Source of the DNA: a virus
Lineage: Duplodnaviria > Caudoviricetes
Strand: one strand, 5' to 3'
Length of the DNA: 64,000 nt
IMG/VR virus record: IMGVR_UViG_3300017754_001906
Span: 1,366 to 65,365 of that record
Shown here: positions 27,826-40,300 of the stretch, one piece after another
How the letters are laid out: the number at the start of each line of letters is the position of its first letter
How positions within the stretch are numbered: position 1 is the first letter of the stretch
Notes under the pieces: generated by a model
Database searches by the model: none
Told to the model about the DNA's origin: nothing
The model's input: the letters and a program-made list of their open reading frames with translations, nothing else
Made by a program: the position numbers and the translations under genes

Positions 27826-29006
27826 GGAAAAGCATGAGTGCAATTTGGACGGTTTGGACATGCAGCGTTTGCGGATATACATCCAACGACCCTGATTTGA
27901 ATTTTCCGACGATATGTCCGTCATGCAAGCTTATCTATTCTTCTCCAGACAGGGTTTTCGATCCATCTCGTCGCAATAACGATCCAGATCGCAAGATCGT
28001 GGGTGCGAAGTTGATGCAGCGCGAGTTTGTTGAGCGAAAGAACAAGTGGGCGAATAGTCCTGTAGAGGCTGGACGCGCCGCGTGGGATAAATTGCATTCA
28101 TACACTGGTTGCGACCCTAGCTTCCTTGTGGAGTGGGAGAAAACCATTCCGTCATCATCCTGCAGCTGCAAAGAGTCGTATAACGTTTACAAGGCAGAGG
28201 ATCGTCCAGACTTCTCGAGCCCAATGGCGTTTTTCCGATGGGGCTGCAGAATACACAACCGAGTTAACGCAAAACTTGGGAAACCAGTGTTTGCGTTCTG
28301 GGAGGCAATCAAGCAATGGAAGCCGCAGCAGTCGCAGATAAGTGATCTGGTTGTCGTCACGTCAATGTCCTGTCTTCCGAAGCACTTGGAGGTTCAAGGG
28401 GAGAGTTTGAGGACTTGGAAGTCGCTTGGGTTGACGGTGATTTCTGGAAACACTCCGGAAGAGATACCCATCCTTCGAGAGTTGTACGACATCGAGTTTT
28501 TCGAGGTGCGACCATCATTGAGTTACGACAGACCAAACCCTCGCGTGTACGATTTACTGCAGCTCGGAGGAGATCGAGCTAGGCTTATGATCAACTCCGA
28601 CATTGCTATTTACGGAGATCAGAGAATGCTTATTGACGCTGTGAAGAACCAGGAAAACCTTTTGGGATTGCGGCAGAACTGGGTTGGATCGATAAGCAAT
28701 CTAAAGGTGGAAAGGTGGGGGATAGACGCTTTCATTATCCACCCGGAGCAAGCGGCAACGTTCCCAAATCTGGACTTCGCGATCGGACAAACCATGTGGG
28801 ACTACTGGGTTCCGTATCACCTGCAAAAGATTGGCGGTAAGTTGCGATGGTATGGCGATCCGTTTTTCTTCCATGAAGCACACCCGATTCACTGGAAAGA
28901 AGAGTCCACAAGTATTGGGCAGGGGATGATCGCGTCTCATTACGGAGAGACCATCGACTGGGAGGGTTGGAGGAGAAGCCTTCCGTTTGGGGAGCCTAGA
29001 CGATGA
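27816..29006 (+). CDS. Zn-ribbon + Erv1/ALR-like sulfhydryl oxidase + glycosyltransferase-like fusion
   Basis: CSVC/CPSC; WDKLH...IPSSSCSC...PDFSS...FFRWGCRIHNRVNAKLGKP (ERV/ALR signature); C-terminal LMINSDI...WGIDAF...IGQTMWDYW resembles GT-A-like phage proteins. Confidence 0.75.
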   Translation: MVVGKSMSAIWTVWTCSVCGYTSNDPDLNFPTICPSCKLIYSSPDRVFDPSRRNNDPDRKIVGAKLMQREFVERKNKWANSPVEAGRAAWDKLHSYTGCDPSFLVEWEKTIPSSSCSCKESYNVYKAEDRPDFSSPMAFFRWGCRIHNRVNAKLGKPVFAFWEAIKQWKPQQSQISDLVVVTSMSCLPKHLEVQGESLRTWKSLGLTVISGNTPEEIPILRELYDIEFFEVRPSLSYDRPNPRVYDLLQLGGDRARLMINSDIAIYGDQRMLIDAVKNQENLLGLRQNWVGSISNLKVERWGIDAFIIHPEQAATFPNLDFAIGQTMWDYWVPYHLQKIGGKLRWYGDPFFFHEAHPIHWKEESTSIGQGMIASHYGETIDWEGWRRSLPFGEPRR

Positions 29007-29563
29007 GGCACGCATCCAAGAAAAGCGTCTTTAGGGTGCTTCGCAACCTGAGGATCTCGGTGGTGATCGACATAGGCGCGGAGCGTTGCACAGAAAGTCT
29101 GATCGAGGCATTTCCGGACGCCCATCATGTTTTGATCGAATCCAACCCCACATGGATCCCGCTGCACAAAGACGTTTACAGCGAGATCTCATTCGAATCC
29201 CACAATTTCGCGGCAAGCTCCCAGAATAGAGTCGATGAGCTGAAATTCAGCGATTGCGGTGGTCCTGTGCTTCTAAAAATCGATGTGGACGGTCAGGAAC
29301 TGGATTGTCTGCATGGATGCTCAGGGCTATTTGAGAGGGTGTCTGCGGTGGTTGTTGAGGCTACAACGGACAGGCTTTCCGGGATAGTGGATTTTCTTGA
29401 GCGGCACAACTTTCGACTGTTTGACATAGTTGATCTTTGTTACTGTGGTCCGCAGCTTCACCAAGTTGACCTAGTGTTTGTCCACGCCTCGGCAGAGGGG
29501 CATGTCAGGGTGGCGTGGGACATAAACTTGTTCCAGGACAGCAGTTTGCTAGCCACAGACTGA
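29003..29563 (+). CDS. FkbM-family SAM-dependent methyltransferase
   Basis: VIDIGA, LIESNP, LLKIDVDGQELDCLHG, VVVE, LHQVDLVF. Confidence 0.85.
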   Translation: MRHASKKSVFRVLRNLRISVVIDIGAERCTESLIEAFPDAHHVLIESNPTWIPLHKDVYSEISFESHNFAASSQNRVDELKFSDCGGPVLLKIDVDGQELDCLHGCSGLFERVSAVVVEATTDRLSGIVDFLERHNFRLFDIVDLCYCGPQLHQVDLVFVHASAEGHVRVAWDINLFQDSSLLATD

Positions 29564-29665
29564 CGCTAAGCAGCAAGAAGTCCTGCTAATAATCGGTTTT
29601 GGTAGGAATTTGCGGAAAAACGGATATCATAAGCAAAGTCGATCTAATTCAAGGAAAATCATAAA

Positions 29666-31351
29666 ATGCCAATCACATTCCGACATGACGCTGCAGGGAT
29701 TCCGCTTGGAAAGGGTGATGGTGAGGCGAAAAAGTATGGCATGAGCTTGGTAGCTCAGCAGCAGAAAACTGACGCCGAGACTAGGCAGAGAGCCGAGACT
29801 CAAAAGTACGAGACGATGCAACAGGCGAACATGCAGGCGTTTCAGTGGCAGCGAGACAGAGCCCAGGATGTCAACCGAGCGGGCATGTTCAATGCGGAGC
29901 TACAAAACAGAAACAAGATGGCTGAGGACGACCGCAAGTTTCAGCAGGCTGAAGCAGAGGCAAGACGCAATCAAGCCATGATGGATAGGGCGCAGCAGCA
30001 AGAGCAGGGATTCATCATTCAGGGTATTGAGAATGGCGAGTACGACCAAGCCACATCTAGGGCTTTGCAGCAAAATATCCTGGCTGAGTCAAGGGCGATG
30101 ACGGCTCCTGGGCTAGATGCAACTCAAAGAGCTGCAGCATTGCAGAAGGTTATGGACGAAAGGGCTAAGCTAACTGCGCTTAGAAGAGATCCGCCACCTA
30201 AGCCTACGCCGCAACCAGTGACGTATGTAGACGACAAAGGCAGGGAGTGGGTCCAGTCTGGAAAGGATAAATGGGAGCAGATTAAGCCACAGGCAGAGCC
30301 CCAGCAAGGTCCGATAGATTCTAGCGTTGGCTTGCAAGATACGAAGAACAGAGATAGATATTTGGATCAAGCTGAAAAGATGCTAGTGGATCCTGAAGAC
30401 CCCACTAAAAAGCCCAGTCGGGATCAGGTCTGGGCAAAGGCAAGGGAGCTTTGGAATACTGATGAGTACGAAAGAACTCGAGGGTTCATACCACGGAATG
30501 ATGGTCCAATGGGGCCTCCTAGTCCTGTATCTACCAGCGATATCCAAAGCAGTCAGCCTGCATTGCCGTCTGGAGGAATGGCTACTCCTCCATCTCAACC
30601 ACAGCAGCCGCCTGTTGCCGCACCTTCTGGCAACGTGGCTTCGCCTCCTTACATGCCAGAACCTTCAGCGACCGCTCCTGCTCCGTCACCTTCGCCGTCT
30701 GGCGGTGTAGCTCAGCCCCCCAGTGGATATTTGCCTGGATATGAGCCAAAACCTAAGCCAGGAGTTGCGACCGGTGGTCAGGGTCAGCCTGTAGGCGGGC
30801 AAGGCATTTACAAGCCAACATGGGGTGACATGGATCCCGGAGTAATCGCCACTCTCCCAGCTCCTGCTGGAAGTCGTACCGTAGATCCCATAATAGCTCT
30901 CCCAGCTCCTGCTGGAAGTCGTGCCGTAGATCCCATGATAGCTCTCCCAGCTCCTGTAAGAACGCCGACTGCTCAAGGGTATGCAACAACAGATGATTTT
31001 GTTAAAGGCAGAGATGATCAAAAGCCTGCAGAGATAGTAAACGAACCTGCTCGGGCTGGAGCGACTAATCAGTACCCTGGGATGGATTATGAGGCTGTGC
31101 AAAGCTTTGCAAGAAGCCAGTCTCCGGGCATCAAGAAAGCGATAGAAATTGCTATGGATAATACGCTTCCTTCTGGTAACAGAAAACAGGCGATTGATTT
31201 TCTTTTGACAAATAAAGTTGACTTGAGAGCAATAGGTCGAAAGCCGCGTGATCCAGTAGGAGGCGTAATACCTATCGGAAACGACGCTGATAGGTTCCAG
31301 TCCGGAGCCTATGGAACTTGGAATCAGGGTGTGCGCGGTCCTAAGTACTAG
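29666..31351 (+). CDS. internal virion (ejection) protein, Gln/Pro-rich
   Basis: 561 aa; Gln-rich coiled N-terminus and Pro-rich centre; precedes the giant protein. Confidence 0.6.
   Translation: MPITFRHDAAGIPLGKGDGEAKKYGMSLVAQQQKTDAETRQRAETQKYETMQQANMQAFQWQRDRAQDVNRAGMFNAELQNRNKMAEDDRKFQQAEAEARRNQAMMDRAQQQEQGFIIQGIENGEYDQATSRALQQNILAESRAMTAPGLDATQRAAALQKVMDERAKLTALRRDPPPKPTPQPVTYVDDKGREWVQSGKDKWEQIKPQAEPQQGPIDSSVGLQDTKNRDRYLDQAEKMLVDPEDPTKKPSRDQVWAKARELWNTDEYERTRGFIPRNDGPMGPPSPVSTSDIQSSQPALPSGGMATPPSQPQQPPVAAPSGNVASPPYMPEPSATAPAPSPSPSGGVAQPPSGYLPGYEPKPKPGVATGGQGQPVGGQGIYKPTWGDMDPGVIATLPAPAGSRTVDPIIALPAPAGSRAVDPMIALPAPVRTPTAQGYATTDDFVKGRDDQKPAEIVNEPARAGATNQYPGMDYEAVQSFARSQSPGIKKAIEIAMDNTLPSGNRKQAIDFLLTNKVDLRAIGRKPRDPVGGVIPIGNDADRFQSGAYGTWNQGVRGPKY
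30852..30956 (+). repeat. 45-bp in-frame tandem repeat (about 2.3 copies; LPAPAGSRxVDPxIA)
   Basis: ctctcccagctcctgctggaagtcgt(a/g)ccgtagatcccat(a/g)atag units starting at 30852, 30897 and 30942 (partial). Confidence 0.9.
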
Positions 31352-31360
31352 GGGTTTAAT

Positions 31361-34300
31361 ATGAGCGATGTTTTTAGTTTGTTCGATGAAGTTGAAAATG
31401 AGCAAAGCAATAAAGGCGCGTCAACCCCAAGCATTGATCCGCGAGAGCAAGAAATTAGAGATCGCAACAAAATTTCCGCGTATGACGGAAATGAGTTGTT
31501 TAGTCTGTTTGACGAAGTCGCAGGAGACAGAGAGGTAGAGGCTCGTCGTCAGCAGCGAGCCTACGCCGAAAAAGCCTCGCTTACTGACCCGGATACTTAC
31601 ATAGCAACAACGAAGATGTTGCTAACCACTGGAGGTCGAGATCAGCAGCTCGAAGTCCTTCGCAAACTGACGCCTGAGCAGCGAGAAGCGGCGTTGAAGC
31701 TAGCCCCCGGCATAGCGCAGCAGTTAGGAGACGAACGCGGCGGGGCTGTTATGCGAACTATCGATGCTGTTAGTCGTGGTGCAGCTGGCGTTCTGCAACC
31801 TGTCATGGAGCTTACGGGTCTGGGTGGAACACCGGAGGAAATCGATTACCTTCGTAAGTTGAACTCGGCGTCTCAAGAGTTTGCTCCTGCGCGTCCAGAC
31901 GACCCTTGGTATCAGCAGGGAGCATTACAAGCTGCTGAAATGACTCCTGGGATGGTGATGATGGGGCAGGGCGGTGTTCTTGGCGGAGCTGTTGGTAAGG
32001 CTGCTGGCACAGCTCTCGGGAGGGCAGCTGCTGCTGGTGTTCCTGGAGCTAAGACAGCTTTCCAAGCCGCAGGCGCAATTGGAAAAGTTCCGGCTGCCGT
32101 TGGTCTTAAGGGCGCGACGACGAAGGGTGTGTTTGAGGGAATCGGGAGCGCTGCTGGTGTTACGGCTACATCATGGGCTCCTCAGTATGCTCAGGAGGTG
32201 GATGCGCTAAAAGAGCTTGGTATGCAGGATGGATTGGTTCTTAGGGCTCTTGCTGGCACAACCGCTGCCGCTGTGGGACTGATCGAGAGCATAGTCCCAA
32301 ATCCGTGGAAGGCTGGTAACGTTTCATTTAAGCAGGGTGCTATCAAAGCTGCTCGCCAATACTTATGGCAGGCTTCAAAAAACCTACCAGGGGAAATAAC
32401 CGAAGAAGGTCTTCAGGGTGTCGCAAGTGGTGTCGGCGAGCATGTGGCTCAATACCTCGACAAAGATGCCAAGAAGAAGACGATAGGAGAGGCTTTTAGC
32501 AAGGGATGGCAGCAAGCAAGTGACTCCGTGTTGCCGCTGGTGTTCATGCTTGGTGCGCCCGGTGTTGCAGGTGCCGCATCTGTGGCGATCAGGGCGAGGC
32601 GAGAGCAGCTGGAGCAATTGCGATCCAAGGGCTTTGTCTCTAAGGATGACGCGAAGAAGGCTGGGATCGAGGTCGGAACTCGCAAGGAAATAGCGGCTAA
32701 CGTTGATGCAGAAATTGAAGACCTGAAATCGCGGGAGTTAATTGCCAGCGTCAATGAGAGTGGCGCAGCCGCAGAGTCGCCGCAGGCGAGTCCTGGGCAA
32801 GCTGGAGTGTCCGTTGAGTCGCAGCAGGAAAATGTTGTTGCTCCTCCGCCACTTCCGCCACAGCCCCAAGGTGAAGTTCCTCCGCCTATTCCACCACAGC
32901 AGCAGGGTGCAGCTACTCCTCCGCCGATTCCGCAACCTCAGGAGCAGGCTCCTCCCCCAGTACCACCTCAACCACAAGAGCAGGTGCCGCCTTCATTGCC
33001 GCCTCAGCAGGCGGATCAGCCAGAGCCACAGTCTGCAAACTTTGATGCATACACCAATGCCGCATGGAAAGCAGCCGGGAAGGAAGGTCCAGTTTCCGAA
33101 AACTACAAGGCTAGCCAGAAGCAATTCGTTGGCAGCGCGGCAGACTACGGTATTCAGCAAGGGCGAGTAATTGCCTTTGATAGGAAGGATGGTTCCTCGG
33201 AGTTGCAATTCGCAGCAATAGCAGATGAGCTAAATCAGCGAGGTTATGAAGCTGGTCCAGTCAAAAAGTCCAGAAGCAATGGTATCGACAACATTGAGTT
33301 TTCCGTAACTAAAAAAGCGACAGTTGCGACTCCACCTGACACAACGTCAGTAGGCATGAAGTCGCCTGATCAACAGCCAGTCTCGTCGCCAGTCGCAGAA
33401 AAAGATGTTGCTGCTCCGCAGGCTGATGTCACGCCTCCAAGTAAGTTTGCAAGCTGGACTGTTCAGCAAGGCAGTGACGGGAAGCTGTATCGCGTTGATC
33501 CAAAAGCGAAAACAAAATACGAAAAGGCAAAGACTCGACAGCCAGTTGATCCAGCGGAAGTTGTCGTTGCCACACAAGATCAGTTTGGAAATCCGATAGA
33601 CAGAAAACTTGTCGGCGTTCGTCAAGAGTTTGCAAAGAATGCCAAGCCAGGAGCTGAATTTACGTGGTCGTCCTATCCAACGGCTAAGTTTAAGGTTCAG
33701 TCCAATGGCGATATTTTGGATGTCACCACTGGCAGGAGGATGGGGACGGTTCAGTCTACGTCCAACAACGCTGCCCTTAAGGCGAATAGCATTAAGTGGA
33801 CTTCACTGCCAGCTCCTGCTGCTCAACCTGCAACCGCTGCTCCGCAAGCCACTGAGCAGCCTGCCGTTATTGCGACACCAGTAGCCAAGCAACCGCAAGT
33901 TCCGCCTCAGCCGCAGGCTCAGGAAGTACGAAGTCGGGGCGAGAAGACAGCAACGGATATCTCAAAGGCTCTAGATGGGCTAGGTAAGGGTGCTGTTGAC
34001 GGGTTGTACACCAAGGTATGGAATGATGCGCAGTCTGGGCAGCTTCAAAAAATGGACAAGCCTCCATTGTTTGAGCAATTGGTTTTGAGGGGTTATGAAA
34101 AAGGTGTTGTTCGATCGCTTGAGGACGTTCGTTCTATCACAGAGGGGATGACGGGTGATTTTGAGGCTGACAAGGTGGTTGGGGTCAACAACCTAAACAA
34201 ACTGGCAAGCAAATACCAGGGACAGCAGCCGGTCGCAAAGCAACCGCAAGTCCAATCGCAATCAAAGTCCCAGGATCAAGCCGTTTCTGTGCCAACTGCG

Positions 34301-37300
34301 AAGCCCGCTCCGCAGGCACCGAGTCAGCAGGTTGCTCCTGTCGTGCCATCACAAGAAGTGTCCTCAGCTGTTGAAGAGCCATCGACGGCAAAGCCCAAGT
34401 CGGAACCAGCGAAGGTTGAGGGAGAAGAACAGAAGAAGCCTCTCAGCCAGCCGGTAGCGGATGAAGCAGGCACTAAGAAGCCAAAGTCGTCAGCGAAGCA
34501 AATGACTCCAAGAAGCTACTTGGAGAGCAAAACTGATCGTCAGCTAAAAACACTGGCAAAAGACTTAGGATTGAAAGCTGACAGCCGCGAGGGCGTTATT
34601 GAATCGCTTTTGCAGAACCCTGATGTTGTCGATTCGCTGAACAGCGCTCTGCAGAAAGCAAAGCCTTCAAAGCCTCGCAAGAAAAAGCCTGCTCCAGCTA
34701 AAGATGCTGCAAAAGGCAAAGAGCCTATACCAGTGAAGATGAGATCTTCGATGGGTACGACTAGAGAGTTGTTGCCGAGCGAGCTAACAGCGGCTGAGAA
34801 GAAGCAGAAAAGCATTCTCGAGAAAATGGGAGTCACTCTGCGATTGATTGAAGGAGGTAGCTTCAATACACCTGGGGCTTTCAATCCTGAGTCTATGACT
34901 GTTTGGCTCGATCGGTCTTACATAGAGCACATGGATTCCTTGTGGCAAAAGCAAGGTCGTCCTCCAGAGTCAATGACGTGGGGGTTGTTTTTGCATGAGA
35001 TGTTCCATGCGATAAAGAAGATTGACCCAGAGGCATGGAATGGTCTGCGTGATTGGATCAATGCGAATCCTAATGAAAAAGAACTACTGGACAAGGCAAC
35101 GAGCGATTACGTTCGTGATTCAATTAACGCGCTAAAAGAAAGACTCTCGAAAGATTCCAGGAACTCAGGAAAAACAGTCAATATCAAGGGAAGGCTTTCA
35201 ACAGCAGACCATGTCAGGTCGGCTATAAAAGCAGCGAAAGCCGCTGGTGTTGAAATCAGCGACGGCACAATAGCTGCTGCCGAATACACTATTAAAGTGC
35301 TTAGCAACGAGGACGTGAGGAACGAAGAAGGGCTCTCAAGGTATTTGGAAGACAAGGCTGGAGACTTCGATTTTTGGGACGATCTTGGAAACGACAATCC
35401 GAGCTTATTGGCAAAGATCGGTCGCTGGTTGCTCAGGGCGTTGCGACTTGCCGATTCAGATACTCTCGCTGGGCAGACGCGAGCTGCTATCGAGAAGGCG
35501 ATGAAGCGAAACAGTCTTGCAACTGGAGAAGATCTAGGGATTCGTGCTGCTGTAAGCAAGGGTGATTTCTCTGTAGGCGACATCAATGTCGATGAAGTCA
35601 GAGCGAAGGACAGGAAGGGCAACCGCGTATCAAAAGGTCTCGCTGTAAAATCCGTAAAAGGCACAAAGGTTTACGAGGAGACAGACGATCTGTCATTCGA
35701 TTACGTCAAGAAAAACGCTCCAGATGTGTTTATTAAGAACGCCAACACGATTGCTGATTACCCATTAGTGCGTGGAAAGAGGGTGTTTGAAAAGGCTCGC
35801 ACAGTAGAACAGGCACAAGAGATATACGATGTGTTCGTCAGGGAGGTAGCCGACAACCTAAACTACCTATATTCAGAGTACGACAGTGAATTTAGAATGC
35901 CATCTACTCTCTGGTATGACGGCGCAAACGCGATAGCTAACAGGCTGGCTGATGATTACAAAGTATCTCCAGAGCAGGTGGCTGGAATTATTGCTGCCAT
36001 GTCTCCGCAAAAAGACTGGTATCAGAATGTAAGACTTGCCGAACTGCTGCTTGAAGCGTTCAGGGTCAACCCGGTGATGACTCCGGAAATGATTGCCCAT
36101 CAGAGGGACGTAGTTAGGGTTGATGGTCTCAAAGGATACAGCAGGAAGGTTAGACTTGCTGAGAGTGCGCTCGCTAAAGCAAACCTCGAGTATAAGGGAA
36201 CCACGCTAGAAAATTATCGCAAGATTGAATCGGTGCTTTCTTCTGGGGCATTTCTGCAAGAAGGTGGTAAGACCTCTTCCGAGTTGCAGAAGCTTGCCTC
36301 ACAAGCAGGTGTTGGTTTCGCAAAAGCGACTGGACAGTTAAAGTCAAAAATGAGCCCAGACGAAAAGGCGTCTCTGCAAAAAATAGCGAATTGGGCTATC
36401 ACGATTTTTAAGGAAGGTGCAGCAGCATCTCCTGGAGAGTCGCTTTCTGACAGTGATCTGAAGAAATTGGTTAGCGAGCATCGCAGGGAAGTTAAATCCG
36501 CAATTGATGACAGTGCAGCGTCGTTAGTGGCTGCTAAAGCCAAGCTGGCTAAGTCTACAACAAAAGCCGATGCCGTAGTGAGCAAACTCGAAAGCCATTT
36601 AGGCAAAACTCTTGACAGTGTTCCAGAAGAAATCCAGTCCTTCATGGTAAGGTTGTATCATGAGGTAAACACGACCAAGGACTACAACGTAATTGCTCCC
36701 GACGGACGTGCTGTAGGCGTAGCTAAAAATGATAACGGAGAGAACGCGAGACTAGCGTGGGGATCCTATGGAGAGATTGGGAAGGGCGTTTCGATTAGGA
36801 ACAATGGAAGCCCAAGAAATATTACGAGGCGACTAGGGCAGCAGCACAAGATCCGAAACTTTTACAACAACATCATTGATCCGATGAGCGAGGATGGTGA
36901 TGTGACGATGGATACCCATGCGATTGCAGCAGCACTGCTGATGCCTTTGTCGGGGAAGTCGACCCAGGTCACTCAGAACTTCGGTGGCAGCGGGGCTAAA
37001 AACGCGGGAGCTTTTGGAATCAAGGGGCTATACTATGCGTTTGCTGAAGCATATAATGTATCCGCAAAAGAAAACGGATTGCTGCCAAGGCAGATGCAGA
37101 GCGCGACTTGGGATCCAGTTCGCGGCTTGTTCACGGACGTGTTTAAGAGCGTCAAGAAGAACGTAACAAAAGTCAACGATATTTGGGAAAGTTACGCAGA
37201 TGGCAAAATATCAGTCGAAGAAGCAAGAGAACAAGTCTTTGAAGCAGCCGGTGGAATCGACACTCCCACCTGGGCCAGACCCGCTCGAGAAGATGTTGGA

Positions 37301-40300
37301 GGATCTGTACGGAAGAAACGTGACAGAGGACGAGTACGAGGAGATGGACAGGCTTCTGTCGGGGCTACCGATGGAGGAGGAGATGGAGGACGAAGATACT
37401 CTCCAGGACGAAGCGGACGAGACGCAACCGTTGCCGTCCGGGGAAGTCTCGGCGTTGATGAAAGAGTTTGGAGTCGATCGACAGACAGCCGAAAAGTGGG
37501 CGGATATGATCTAACTGCTAGGTATGTAGCTGACGTTGCAGAATGGGCGGAATCTGGCGTCAGTGCTCCAGCCTTTATTGAGCTAAAAGCATCGGATAAA
37601 TCGGCGAGGCAATTTTCCGAAGCGATTACTTCGGCACGCGAAAGCCAAGGAAAGCTAGGGGCGTCAGTTTATGTTTATCCCGACCAAGACTACCGGGATA
37701 TGCGGCTGTTTCTGACGGAGGACGGCAAGGCTGGGTTTGCGTTGAAGGCGACCGACGACCCCAGTATTACGGATATCGTATCGGTGTTTAATACGGCTGG
37801 TAGCCTTCATCGCGGCGTAAGTTACGCGATGATACGACTGGCGGTCGAAGAGGGCGGTAATACGCTTGATGCGTTCGACACATTCCTGCCGGTGGTTTAT
37901 TCAGCAAACGGATTCCGAGCGATTTCCCGCATTAAGTGGGACGACGACTTCGCTATGGAAGGCTGGGACAAGAAAGCTTATTCGGATTTCAATAATGGTG
38001 AGCCGGACATCGTCTTCATGGCGTATGATCCGCAGCAAACAGAGATCTATCGCGTTGACAGCAGAGAAGGTGACGTATTTGATACGTACGACGAAGCCGT
38101 CGCATCACAACGATTGGTGGCGAAGAAGAATTACCTGGAGTTACAAGAAAGGAAAAAGCAGAATGCCAAAGCAAAGCAAGGTGGAAAACGATATTCGCCT
38201 GGACGACGACCCGAATCGACCGGAGACGGAAGAGGACGAAAAGGCATTGGGAAGACGGAGGCTCTTGCAGGCTCGCCATCGGTCCCAGGCATTAACGGGC
38301 CGGATCCCGAGGTCGTTGCGGTTGCCGAGCGATACGCCAAAGAGTATGGGATCGATCTCAAGCGACAAGCCGAATACGTCCAAGTAGACGAGGATCGGGC
38401 AAGAAGGATAGCCGATGCGTATGCGCAGATGCCGCATGATCCGCAGGATCCTAAGGTCAAAGAGGCGTACCAAGAGCTTATTAAGCAAACCACGGATCAG
38501 TACAGGGCGTTAGAGGACGCTGGATATAAGTTCTGGTTTATGGATCTAGGGATTCCTAGCAACCTCGAGTACGCATCGAGCCCGTATAATGCTTTGCGAG
38601 ATTTGCGAAGTAATAAGCAGATGGGTGTATTCCCGACAACAGACGGCTTCGGGACAAGCGACCTTGATGTAAACGACAATCCTCTGCTTGCGGATACAGG
38701 AATTTTGTGGGCGTCAGGAGGGCTAGATGGGGAAATGAAGCCCGTCTTGGCTAACGATCTGTTTCGGGCTGTTCATGACGCTTTTGGACACAGCCTAGAA
38801 GGTGCAGGGTTTAGAGCGAGGGGTGAAGAAAATGCTTGGCAGGCGCATGTGCGTTTGTTTTACGGGTCAGCAGTAGGTGCTATCACTAGCGAGACCCGTG
38901 GGCAGAACTCTTGGTTGAATTACGGACCTCACGGAGAAGCGAACCGTAATGCAAAAGTCGAAGACACGATTTTTGCGGACCAGAAAACCGGCTTGATGCC
39001 CGAGTGGACGTGGACCGAGGGTCGTGCTGCAGACATGGAAGATGTTGGCGATGCCGACATGAATGGTCCTGATCTGGAGTCTGGACTGCAATATGCAGTT
39101 GCAAGACCGCAGTTGGCTAAGAAGCTCAACTCTGGGAAGAAGGTTAAGCTGTACCGTGCGATGCTCCTAATTGACGGAAAGCTTTATCCTCCCATGTCGT
39201 CTCGAAGCAAGAGCGACGAAGGCAGGCTAGCTATGCGTCCAGGAGAACCTATTGGTCAGTGGATGCAATCGGAGGAGAGACCGGAACTCGTTCCCAAGAC
39301 AGGAAAGAACGCAGGGAAGTTTCCTCTGCAAAAGCCAAAAGGTGTTACGTGGGCTGCTTATGCTCCGTACTTCCATGCGTCTCCTATGCCTCTTAATGAT
39401 CAGTTTACGGCATCATGGCTCAACGATGGTATTAGACGACCACGCATGGTGATCGTCGAGGTTGAAGTCCCAGAAAGCGAAATGACGAGCGGCTATCAAG
39501 CCGAGGGATCAAGCAAGAAGGTGGGTTCGAATAAGTGGAGGGCTGGCGTTGTTGCTTCCAAGCTTCCAGGCGGCAGGGAGGTTGTTCTCTCCAGGTACTT
39601 GCGTATCAAGCGAATAGTCCCAGATGCTGAAGTGGCGAAGAAGATCGCCGACATTGTTAATCCGGCGAGGCTTTCTGTACCAGAGAACGTTATTACGCCA
39701 CAGCTACGTGCAGAGCTTGAGAAAAATGGAGTTCGCATTTCTGCAAAGGGTACGAAGGGCGAAGGAATCCGCTATTCTCCCGGTCGCCGCGTAGACGAAA
39801 AGTATCTTGCTGCGGTCAAGGACGGTGACAAGAAGCTTGCGCAGAGATTGGTGAACAAGGCTGCTCAGAAAGCAGGAGAGTTTGCTGGCGGTGTTTCTCC
39901 GGTGGTTTATCACGGAAGTCCGCATGCTGCGTTTTACAAGTTCCAGATTCCTAGCAAGGGTTTCAATAGCACGGTATTTGGATCTTACGAGGTAAGCAGG
40001 AATGCTGCGTTCTTCACTCCAGATAAGACCGCTGCCTCCAATTACCAGACCCAAGGTGGTCGCACAAGCGGCAGCACTCGCAAGTTTAGGATCTTTGGCG
40101 AGATGCTGGACTGGAGAAACGGCATATCAGACGCTCAGTTCAATACGCTTGTTGATAACGGCGTGAACTCGAGATGGCTAGGTCAGAAGGGTGCTTCTTG
40201 GGAGTTGTTCGATAAAGAGCAGGATCCTGAAGGTACTCTTGTAAAAGCCATCAAGAAGATGGGGTACGATGGGGTGATTATCCGCGACACGGATGGAGAA

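Noticed and set aside
29192-29200. tRNA T-loop-like TTCGAATCC
   Set aside because: It lies inside the FkbM CDS with no cloverleaf stems around it.
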